From assembly GCA_038209745.1 (NCBI GenBank), contig JBBQXJ010000007.1, forward strand, positions 1 through 64,000: DNA of 64,000 nt. The letters are read 5' to 3'. Source of the stretch: Verrucomicrobiota bacterium (GTDB taxonomy: Bacteria > Verrucomicrobiota > Verrucomicrobiia > Limisphaerales > CANJSG01). How positions within the stretch are numbered: position 1 is the first letter of the stretch; every line of letters begins with the position of its first letter. Made by a program: the position numbers and the translations under genes. Below are positions 39,245 to 47,511 of this stretch, one piece after another. The notes under the pieces were generated by a model. That model saw nothing but the letters and a program-made list of their open reading frames with translations, searched no databases and had not been told where the DNA came from.

Positions 39245-40327
39245 ATGAATCATTGGGTCATCAGATTGTTCTTCTGGGGTCTTTGCACTCTGGGAGGTTT
39301 CTCCGTCAGTCAGGTCCGCCCGGAGCTGGTGCAACAGCCCGTGGTCGGAATGCTCGTTGGCTTCGGCTTCGGGGGAGTGATGGTGGCCTTCGATCTCATG
39401 CTGAAGGGCTTCTCCATCCGGGCCTTTTCGGCAGCAACCGCCGGCATCGCCATCGGCACGGCCATGGCCTGGATGGTGGACCGGTCCGGCCTCTTCGACT
39501 TTGTGGATGAAAACCTCCGTTGGCTCATCCGGCTCGGGCTGTTCCTCGGATTCTCCTACCTCGGAATGATCGTGTCGATTCGCAGCAACAAGGAGGATTT
39601 CAGCCTGATCATCCCCTACGTCCGCTTCGCCTCCCAGTCCAAGCCCGACACCCTCCTCGTGCTCGATACCAGCGCCGTCATCGATGGACGCATCGCGGGC
39701 CTGGTCGGGGGCGACGTGGTCGAAGGACGCCTCATCGTTCCCCGCTTCGTCCTGCACGAACTGCAAAAAGTCGCCGACTCGGCCGATCCGACCAAGCGCG
39801 CCCGGGGCCAACGCGGCCTCGACATGCTCCACAAGCTCCAGTCCAGCCCCCGCACCGACGTGAAGATCCACGAGGGCGACTTTCCCCATGAATCCGCCGT
39901 CGACGCCAAGCTCGTGATGTTGGCCAAAACCCTCGGCGCCAAACTCGTCACCAACGACGCCAACCTCGTCCGCGTCGCCGTCCTCCAGTCGGTCAAGACC
40001 ATCAACCTCGCCGAGTTGTCCTCCGTGCTGAAAGCCCAGATCCTGCCGGGCGACGAGGTGGAACTGCGGATCACCCGAGAAGGCCGCGAAAAAGGCCAGG
40101 GCATCGGCTACCTGACCGACGGCACCATGGTCGTCGTCACGGGCGCCCACGTCTTCATCGGTCGGAATGCCCGCGCCACCATCACGAATCTGACCCAGAC
40201 CGGTGCCGGTGTGATCATGTTTGCGCAGATCGCCCAGACGGCAGAGTTTGAAGGCCAACCATGGAACTCAAAACCGTCTTCACCACCTTCAGCTCCGCCG
40301 AAGCCAATCTCGTCCGTGGCCGCCTAG
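39245..40327 (+). CDS. Membrane-anchored PIN/TRAM-domain protein (YacL family)
   Basis: Four N-terminal TMs, LDTSAVIDGRI, RGQRGLDML, TNDANL, GQGIGYLTDGTMVVV. Confidence 0.92.
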   Translation: MNHWVIRLFFWGLCTLGGFSVSQVRPELVQQPVVGMLVGFGFGGVMVAFDLMLKGFSIRAFSAATAGIAIGTAMAWMVDRSGLFDFVDENLRWLIRLGLFLGFSYLGMIVSIRSNKEDFSLIIPYVRFASQSKPDTLLVLDTSAVIDGRIAGLVGGDVVEGRLIVPRFVLHELQKVADSADPTKRARGQRGLDMLHKLQSSPRTDVKIHEGDFPHESAVDAKLVMLAKTLGAKLVTNDANLVRVAVLQSVKTINLAELSSVLKAQILPGDEVELRITREGREKGQGIGYLTDGTMVVVTGAHVFIGRNARATITNLTQTGAGVIMFAQIAQTAEFEGQPWNSKPSSPPSAPPKPISSVAA

Positions 40328-40515
40328 AGGCGGCCGGCTTCGAGGCCTACATCCAGGGTGAACTGGCCTCGATCAGCATCGGGGCCTCCACCGCCGCCAC
40401 CGGCGGCATCCGCATCCAAGTCCCAGAAGATCGCGCGGCGGAAGCCCGCGCCGTGATCGAGTCCGACCTCAGCCAACCCTCCGGAGAGACCGACGAAGGA
40501 ACCACGGTTTCGTAG
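40261..40515 (+). CDS. DUF2007-like small protein
   Basis: EANLVRGRLEAAG, GGIRIQVPED-AEAR; overlaps the previous ORF by 67 nt. Confidence 0.78.
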   Translation: MELKTVFTTFSSAEANLVRGRLEAAGFEAYIQGELASISIGASTAATGGIRIQVPEDRAAEARAVIESDLSQPSGETDEGTTVS

Positions 40516-40719
40516 CGGCAGAAGGGAGCCGGCCGCCATCGCGCTCCAGCGCCCGGTCTTGTCGATCAATGTCGCCCGCCGGATTGGCGTTCCCAGCGGA
40601 ACGCCGAGACTATCCGCCCGGGATTGGCCGAAGGGAGCCCGCGGTTGGAGCCTCCAAGCCCACCTGCCGTGGCCTTTCCCATTCTCACCGTTCGCCAGAC
40701 CTGCTAGACCCACCCGCCC

Positions 40720-41328
40720 ATGCAAGACACTGCGGCCCCGGCCGAGACCCTGATCTACCCGCTGACCGACATCATGTCCCTCCTCCCGTTGGACACGATG
40801 TTCCCGGTGGCGCAGCCGCTGGAGGTTGAACTGGGTGCCGGCGACGGCGGCTTCATCGCCCAATACGCCGCGCTGCGAAGGGACCGCAACATCATCGCCG
40901 TGGAACGCCTCCTGGGCCGCCTCCGCAAGATCGACCGCCGGGGCCGCCGCGCCGGACTGACCAATCTGCAGGGCGTCCGGGTCGAGAACAGCTACCTCCT
41001 CCAATGGCTCGTGCCGCCGGGCTCGGTGGATGGCGTCCATCTCTACTTTCCCGATCCGTGGCCCAAGCGCCGCCATTGGAAAAACCGTCTCGTCACCGAA
41101 GCCTTCACCGAGATCGTCCACGGCTCGCTCAAGCCCGGCGGCGTGATCTACCTGCGGACCGATGCCGTGGACTACTTCGAACAGATGGTCCTCGTCTTCG
41201 ATGCGAACCAGAAGTTCGAGCGTGTGGAAACCCCGGCCGAACTCGCCGCCGTGACCACCGACTTCGAACGCGGCTTCAACGCCAAGGGCATCCCCACGAA
41301 CCGCGCGGCGTATCGGAAGAAAGCCTGA
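40720..41328 (+). CDS. trmB: tRNA (guanine46-N7)-methyltransferase
   Basis: EVELGAGDG, YFPDPWPKRRH, LRTD, TDFER. Confidence 0.94.
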   Translation: MQDTAAPAETLIYPLTDIMSLLPLDTMFPVAQPLEVELGAGDGGFIAQYAALRRDRNIIAVERLLGRLRKIDRRGRRAGLTNLQGVRVENSYLLQWLVPPGSVDGVHLYFPDPWPKRRHWKNRLVTEAFTEIVHGSLKPGGVIYLRTDAVDYFEQMVLVFDANQKFERVETPAELAAVTTDFERGFNAKGIPTNRAAYRKKA

Positions 41329-41485
41329 GCCGGAACGAGGCAGCGGGGCTGGGGGAGCGCGCCCGCCCCGGGCGCAGTGGACCGCGCCCTTGCGGTCCAT
41401 GGGAGGCGCAGGAAACGATTCTCCGCCTGGTGTGTCCGGGCGCGCCGGACGGTAGCCGGGGCGGCTGCGATCCCCATTTATTTTC
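41329..41485 (+). repeat. Dispersed ~155-bp REP/MITE-like repeat, copy A
   Basis: Aligns by eye with the reverse complement of 55283-55439 (shared GGGGCTGGGGG, GCCCCGGGCGCAGTGG, AGGCGCAGGAAACGAT, GGCGGCTGCGATCCCCATT). Confidence 0.85.
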
Positions 41486-41591
41486 TCTGCCTCGTTCCGG
41501 CTGAGAGACCCCTATGCCGTCCGAGTCGGGTTCCGAAATCGCTTTCCACTGGCTCCGGTTCTTGGTTCGTTAACGCTCAATTCCCCGCACC

Positions 41592-42605
41592 ATGAAACCG
41601 CTTCACCGCTCCCTCTTTTTTTCGGCTTTTATCGCGCTCGCGTTGGCCGCGCTCCCGGCCGTTGACGCCGCAGCGCAGGAATCCCAGCCCTCAACTGCCA
41701 AGCCGAACTTTCCCGCCGTGCTTCCCGGCAAGGGTCTCGCCCAGCACGATTTCTTCTACGCGGGCGAGGCCAAGACGCGGGACATGTATCTCGTGCGCGG
41801 CGGCAAGGTGACCTGGAGCTATCACGACGACGACGGCAAAGGGGAGATCAGCGACGCCGTCCGTCTCTCCAACGGCAACATCCTTTTCGCACATCAATAC
41901 AAGATCGAGCTCGTCACCCCGGAGAAGAAGGTCCTGTGGCACTACGACGCCCCGGCCCATTGCGAAACCCACACCGCCCAGCCCATCGGCACCAATCGCG
42001 TCGTCTTCATCCAGAATGGACCGGAGCCGAAGTGCTTCGTGGCCAACCTCGCGACCGGCCAGATGGAGCGGGAGTTTCCCCTGCCCGTCCGCAATCCCAA
42101 GAGCACGCATGGCCAATTCCGCCACGCCCGCCTGACTCCGGCCGGCACCTATCTCGTCGCCCACATGGACATGAACAAGGTCGCCGAATACGACGCGACC
42201 GGGAAACAGGTCTGGATCCAGGACAGCCCCAACAGCGCGTGGTCCGCAGTGCGACTGGCCAACGGCAACACGCTTACCTGCGGCAAGGTCGTCCGCGAGA
42301 TGGATCCCGCGGGCAAGACCGTCTGGGAGTTCACCGCCGACGACGCGCCGGACTACAAGTTCAACAGCAACCAGGTCGCGACCCGTCTGCCGAACGGCCA
42401 CACGCTGATCAACAACTGGATCAATCAATGGAACGAGAAGATCGATCCCGCGACCGCTCCCGTCCAAGCCCTTGAAGTCACGCCCGACAAGCAGATCGTC
42501 TGGGCCCTCCGCTCCTGGACCGAGCCCGACCTCGGCCCCTCCACCACCATCCAGATCTTGGATGGCTCCGTCCCCGAAGACGTGCATTTCGGCGACATTC
42601 GGTAG
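41592..42605 (+). CDS. Secreted beta-propeller hypothetical protein
   Basis: Signal peptide; repeated AVRLSNGNIL/AVRLANGNTL/ATRLPNGHTL and GKxVW blades. Confidence 0.82.
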   Translation: MKPLHRSLFFSAFIALALAALPAVDAAAQESQPSTAKPNFPAVLPGKGLAQHDFFYAGEAKTRDMYLVRGGKVTWSYHDDDGKGEISDAVRLSNGNILFAHQYKIELVTPEKKVLWHYDAPAHCETHTAQPIGTNRVVFIQNGPEPKCFVANLATGQMEREFPLPVRNPKSTHGQFRHARLTPAGTYLVAHMDMNKVAEYDATGKQVWIQDSPNSAWSAVRLANGNTLTCGKVVREMDPAGKTVWEFTADDAPDYKFNSNQVATRLPNGHTLINNWINQWNEKIDPATAPVQALEVTPDKQIVWALRSWTEPDLGPSTTIQILDGSVPEDVHFGDIR

Positions 42606-42616
42606 GGCTGAAACGA

Positions 42617-42726
42617 TGTAGGCCCGGTCCCCCGACCGGGCGTCGTTCTCCGACCCGAGAGGCGTTTCGCCGAGCAGTTCTATTTTTGCGCCTTCAAGCT
42701 CGCCGGGTTGGGGAACCCAGCCTACA
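42617..42726. repeat. Inverted pair of GTAG-type REP palindromes (REPIN-like)
   Basis: TGTAGGCCCGGTCCCCCGACCGGGCG and, on the minus strand, TGTAGGCTGGGTTCCCCAACCCGGCG. Confidence 0.7.
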
Positions 42727-42741
42727 GCTTCGCCGCAAAAG

Positions 42742-43515
42742 CTATTCCGTGTTCCGCCAATTCGGCAGCCAAAGCCGGCTGCCGTTAGTATCTCCGCTCT
42801 GCTTCACAGCCCCCCTGAGCTTTGCCGAAACCAAACCCTGCACCGAACCGTCCGCGAATCCCACGTTGCCGGAGCGGCCATGCAGCCGGGCATTCCATCG
42901 CAGGTTGGAATCCACGGAGTTCGCTCCAACGGCGGCGGGACGCTGATCGCCTACGAGGAACGAATCACCGGGCTCGTCATCGGTCTTGCCTCCTTCCGTC
43001 GTGAGATGCCGATCGCCTGTGACCATCATCTCCCACTGGTCTTCGCTGGCGTTCACGCCGTAAAAATAGCTCAGGCTGTTCAGGCGGTTCAGGGGATGGC
43101 CGAAGCTGGCAGTAGTCTGGTTGGTGCCGAACCCGAAATCGCGGGCCGGTTTGCGGCTGCGATCCGAGGGGCATACGAGGATCACCGGCGATGACAACTC
43201 GTTGCCCGCCTCCTGAAACAGCATCCAGAGGTCTTGTGGGTTGTTCGTCCGGAAGCGGTCCCCGTAGACGGAGTTGGTCCGATTTTGCAGAACCAGCCAC
43301 GGGTATTTGCCGTCGTAGTCGTTGGCAAAAAGCCGAAAGGCGGTTCCGATCTGTTTCAAATTGCAGTTGCAGCAAATACTTCTCGCACGGTCCCTTCCCT
43401 GGACCAAAGCCGCCAACGCGACAAGCCCCAAGACACCCAGCACAGCCAACACGATCAGAACTTCCTTTCGGGTGATGCCCGAAAGGCCGGCCGAAGGCTT
43501 GGCGCGCAGTTGCAT
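42742..43515 (-). CDS. Prepilin-like protein with H-X9-DG motif
   Basis: GITRKEVLIVLAVLGVL, CNLKQIG, CPSD, LHGRSGNVGFADGS. Confidence 0.85.
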   Translation of the reverse strand: MQLRAKPSAGLSGITRKEVLIVLAVLGVLGLVALAALVQGRDRARSICCNCNLKQIGTAFRLFANDYDGKYPWLVLQNRTNSVYGDRFRTNNPQDLWMLFQEAGNELSSPVILVCPSDRSRKPARDFGFGTNQTTASFGHPLNRLNSLSYFYGVNASEDQWEMMVTGDRHLTTEGGKTDDEPGDSFLVGDQRPAAVGANSVDSNLRWNARLHGRSGNVGFADGSVQGLVSAKLRGAVKQSGDTNGSRLWLPNWRNTE

Positions 43516-43517
43516 TC

Positions 43518-44648
43518 TCACTCCTTCATCTTCTCCGGATCCAATCCCACGTTCTGGCACCAGGCGCGGTAGGCGAAGGGGGAGATTTCGCTGGGCTTGA
43601 TCTCGCTGCGGCCGCCCCAGAAAACGTTGGTGTAACCAAGCGGGATGCCGGCTTCGACGAGGTGTTTATCGATGGCGGCCTTGTTCGCGAGCACGACGGG
43701 CTTCTCCGTGCCGTGGGCCACGCCCATGACGTTGACGTTCTTGAACTCGGGGCCGCCCTCGCGCCAGTAGGCGTGGGTCATGCAGAAGTGGCGGGCGACT
43801 TCGCGGCCGGCCTCGATCTCGCGACCAGGCGGCACGGCCCAGTGGAAGAGCGCGTTGAACCGGGTCACGCGTTCGCCGTCGGCCAGCGTCTTCACGTGTT
43901 CGAGGAAGGTGCTGAAGCGGCCGATGACCTTCCGGTTGTTCAGGTCCTCCGCGACTTCACAGAAGGTTTCCAGCGGCATGCCGGCTTCCTCGGCCCGGGC
44001 GCGCCAGAGATCAGGAATGAGTTCACCGACCTCGAATTCGCGCTTCAAAGCGGTGAGCACGCGCCACTCCAATTCATTCAACTGCACGACGGAGACATCG
44101 GTGACTTCGCCGAGCACGTCGGCCCGCGCACCGGGTTCGAGGCCGCGACGGCGGATGTGGCCGACGCCGAGGGCGAAGAGGCGTTTGGCCGGCATGAGGC
44201 GGAAGTGTTTTGCGCCGATCTTCTCGAGCAGGAATTCGCAGTGCCGCTCCATCGAATAGCCCTGCGGGACTTTCACCGTGGTCCAGAGCTTGTATTGCGA
44301 GCCGGGCGTTTCGGCGTCGGTCGAGCGGGTGACGACGTGGCCGGAGAACGGATCCTCTTCGAAGAGATAGTTGAACGCGGCGTCTAGCTTCTCCTGCGGC
44401 ACTTCCCAGGCGACGAGCGAGCCTTTGGCCAAGTTCGTGGCGAGCAGGGTCTGGCGGACGCGGCGAATGACACCCTTCTCCAACATGGCGCGGATGCGTT
44501 CGATTACGGTGTCGAGGGGCACGCCGGACAGGCGGCTGATTTCGCCGAGCGGATCGCGCTGGAAGCCCTGGATGCGATCCTCGGAGACGGCAAGGATCTG
44601 GGAGTTGACCGGGTCGCTGATACTGAAGGGCACTTCCGTCGTGTTCAT
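43518..44648 (-). CDS. Fused siroheme decarboxylase AhbAB/NirDL-type (Lrp/AsnC fold)
   Basis: Two HTH plus Lrp-like repeats (GVIRRV, VIGRFS), GHVVTR, THAYWR. Confidence 0.75.
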   Translation of the reverse strand: MNTTEVPFSISDPVNSQILAVSEDRIQGFQRDPLGEISRLSGVPLDTVIERIRAMLEKGVIRRVRQTLLATNLAKGSLVAWEVPQEKLDAAFNYLFEEDPFSGHVVTRSTDAETPGSQYKLWTTVKVPQGYSMERHCEFLLEKIGAKHFRLMPAKRLFALGVGHIRRRGLEPGARADVLGEVTDVSVVQLNELEWRVLTALKREFEVGELIPDLWRARAEEAGMPLETFCEVAEDLNNRKVIGRFSTFLEHVKTLADGERVTRFNALFHWAVPPGREIEAGREVARHFCMTHAYWREGGPEFKNVNVMGVAHGTEKPVVLANKAAIDKHLVEAGIPLGYTNVFWGGRSEIKPSEISPFAYRAWCQNVGLDPEKMKE

Positions 44649-44774
44649 GTGGGCGAGACGCTAACAAAGCGGAGGCCGGAGGGAAGACTGCTTGCTGCCC
44701 GGAAGCGGACCGATTTTGCCTTTCCCGGGCGGAAACCGTTTGTCGGGCCGAGTCCGCCTGCACAGTGTCGCCCC

Positions 44775-45569
44775 ATGAAACGCCGTGATTTCCTCTCGTC
44801 CAGCCTCGCCGCCGCCGCAACGCTTCCGGCCATGTTGACCTCCGCCGCCGAAGCCGCGCCCGCCGGACGCGAATACTACGAGCTCCGCCATTACCATCTC
44901 CGCTTCGGCCCGATGCAGTCGCGGTTCGACGCGTTCTTCCAGGATGTGGCCATTCCGGCCATGAACCGCGCCGGGGTCCGGGCGGTGGGCGTCTTCGGTG
45001 TGCTCGCCGGGCCCGACATCCCTTCGATGCAGGTGCTGTTGCCCCATGCCTCGGCCGAAAGCCTGCTGACCCTGGAGGACCGCCTCATGGCCGATGGGGA
45101 GTATCGCAAGTCCGGGGCCGATTTCCTCTCCCGCCCGGCCGCCGATCCGTCGTTTGTCCGCATCGACAGCTCCGTGCTGGTCGCCTTCTCCGGGATGCCG
45201 AAGCTGGCAGTGCCCGCCGCGGTGGCCGAAAAGAAGGCCCGCATCTTCGAGATGCGCACCTACGAGAGCCCGAGCAAGGATGGGAATCTCAGCAAGATCG
45301 GCATGTTCAACAACGGCGAGATCGCGGTGTTCCGGAAGACCGGTCTGCACCCGGTGTTCTTCGGCGAAGCGTTGGCCGGCGGGAACCTTCCTCGGCTGAC
45401 CTACTTGTTGACCTTCGCCGACATGGAGGAACGGGAGAAGAACTGGGCCGTGTTCCGCAACGATCCGGACTGGAAGAAGCTCAGCGCCACTCCCGGGCTT
45501 GGCAACGCCGAGATCCTGTCGAACATCACCAACACCTTCCTCCGGCCCGCCGTCTACTCGCAGATCTAG
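44775..45569 (+). CDS. Tat-exported NIPSNAP-family protein
   Basis: MKRRDFL, YYELRHY, IFEMRTY, LRPAVYSQI. Confidence 0.88.
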   Translation: MKRRDFLSSSLAAAATLPAMLTSAAEAAPAGREYYELRHYHLRFGPMQSRFDAFFQDVAIPAMNRAGVRAVGVFGVLAGPDIPSMQVLLPHASAESLLTLEDRLMADGEYRKSGADFLSRPAADPSFVRIDSSVLVAFSGMPKLAVPAAVAEKKARIFEMRTYESPSKDGNLSKIGMFNNGEIAVFRKTGLHPVFFGEALAGGNLPRLTYLLTFADMEEREKNWAVFRNDPDWKKLSATPGLGNAEILSNITNTFLRPAVYSQI

Positions 45570-45578
45570 CCCCAGCGG

Positions 45579-46865
45579 CTAAGCCGAGAACATCCGCGAC
45601 AGCGCGAAGACCGCCGCCACGACGATCACCGCCACGGACAGGTAGAGAGCCGCATTAAAGACCGCGCCCGGTCGGTATTCCGGCGCGCGTTGCTGTCGAA
45701 CCAGCAGAATTGCGATGGCGAAGACCGGCAACAGGATTGTCTGCACCACCGCCCCTCCGAGGATCAGCCATTGGGGCGTCCCCGTGAAGCCGGCCACCAT
45801 GAAGACGTAGATCGTCGCAAGGAGGCCGATGCTCCAGTTCACCACCTTCCGATGCTGGAACGCCTCGGGCTTCTGCACGAAACGTCGACCGATATCGGCG
45901 ATCAGCCGGGCCCAGGTCGCCATCGCCACGAGGAAGGTCGAAAAGAGCACCACCATCGCGCCGATCAGAAAGATCACGAACACCCATTGGCCAAACGTCC
46001 TCGTGTACATCTGCGAGAGCGTCTGGATCATGTCCAGGCCCGCCGGCACATCCTGACGTCCGTGCAGGATGGCGGCTCCGAGAATGAAGAACGCCAGCGT
46101 CGAAAACGTGTAGATCAACACCGCCGCCGAGATGTCGATCCGCATGCCGAGAATCCTCCGCTTGATCAAGGAAGGATCCTCGACGATGCCGGCGTTCAAA
46201 TCCTTGGCGTATCCCTTCTCCAGGCACCAGTAGGGGTAGAAGATCAGCTCGGAGGTGCCGATGCCCGTGATCCCGAAGACCGCGATCGCATCCGCCAGAC
46301 CTTTCTCCGGGAGTTTGAACTTCAGCCCTTCCACCAGGGCGGCGACTGACACCGCATCCTCCGTTCGCTGGAGAAAGACCAGCGCCAGCAGGGTCAACAG
46401 GGTGAATCCGGCGACCAAAATCCCGGACGTGGACTCGATCAATCCGTAACGGCCGAACACGAGAAGCACCGCCGTTCCCGCCGAGACCAACGCCGCCAAC
46501 ACCAGCGTGTGTCCGGGGATTCCCATCAGCCCCATCGTCTGCACCATCGAGACGAGGATGCCGCCCATCTGGATGTTGCCGGCGATGATCAAAAGCGGCA
46601 GCGCCCATCCGGCCCAGGACAGCCGCCAGCGCGGCCCCGGCACCCGGTCGAGCGCCTCCAGGGTGGTGTCGCCCGTGAGGATGGTGTGGCGGCCCAGTTC
46701 CTCCTGCAGCAGCACCTTCACCATGCAGCCGAGGATCACGATCCACAGCGCGCTCAGCCCGACGGTCGCTCCCAACCGGGGCGCGACAATGAGTTCGCCG
46801 GTGCCCACGACGGCAGCCGCGATGATGATGGAGGGACCGAGGCAATCTCGGAGACGGAGGGACAT
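45579..46865 (-). CDS. Nramp/MntH-related APC-superfamily transporter
   Basis: LGPSIIIAAAVVGTGELI, FGITGIG, YPYWCLEKGY, about 11 TMs; lacks the canonical DPGN motif. Confidence 0.85.
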   Translation of the reverse strand: MSLRLRDCLGPSIIIAAAVVGTGELIVAPRLGATVGLSALWIVILGCMVKVLLQEELGRHTILTGDTTLEALDRVPGPRWRLSWAGWALPLLIIAGNIQMGGILVSMVQTMGLMGIPGHTLVLAALVSAGTAVLLVFGRYGLIESTSGILVAGFTLLTLLALVFLQRTEDAVSVAALVEGLKFKLPEKGLADAIAVFGITGIGTSELIFYPYWCLEKGYAKDLNAGIVEDPSLIKRRILGMRIDISAAVLIYTFSTLAFFILGAAILHGRQDVPAGLDMIQTLSQMYTRTFGQWVFVIFLIGAMVVLFSTFLVAMATWARLIADIGRRFVQKPEAFQHRKVVNWSIGLLATIYVFMVAGFTGTPQWLILGGAVVQTILLPVFAIAILLVRQQRAPEYRPGAVFNAALYLSVAVIVVAAVFALSRMFSA

Positions 46866-47139
46866 GGCCGCGGACCGTAGCGACGCGAGAGGGCTCGGGC
46901 AATCATTCGAACCGGCGACGGCCAAGCCGGTTTCTCCGCCTCTTCGCCGGAACGGTTTAATCGGGCTGCGGGACATGGTCTCGGGAAGAGGTCTTCACGG
47001 GTTCTCCCGATCAGAGCCTTTCCCAAAAGGCTCTAACCGCACGGTGGGACTTGTCGCGCTGCGACAACGAGCGCCGTGAAGAGCGGCCCACAGAACAGAC
47101 CGCGATCAAACCGGGCCCAAATTGCCCGCTGAACGCGCC

Positions 47140-47511
47140 CTAGTCCTGCCGCAGCGCGGCAACACCCACGTGCTGGAGGCAGCTGATGGCGTCGTTGATC
47201 GAGACGTAGCCGTCGTCGCTCAGTTCGGCCTTGCCCCGGAGGGCTTCGAGCAGGTGGTAGGCGACAATGCCTTGGCCAAGGCCGGGATCTTCCCAGGCGC
47301 GCTGTTTTGGCTTGGCGGCGGAGACGACGCCCCATCCTTCGCCGGCGGTGAGCGGCTCGAAGTTCGGCAGATTCCCGACCCCGATGTCGCGCGAGCCCGC
47401 GCATACGCCGTCACGGGAATGGCAGCCGTCGAGGAGGACAAGGGTGCGCCGGGCGCGGATGACCTGGAGGAGATTGTCGAAGTCTTCGTTGGCGGGCCCG
47501 GAGGAAGGGAA
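47140..47511 (-). pseudogene. Caspase-like (peptidase C14) C-terminal segment without its own start codon
   Basis: Manual translation: TLVLLDGCHS..GWGVVSAAKPKQRAWEDPGLGQGIVAYHLLEALRGKAELSDDGYVSIND. Confidence 0.7.
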
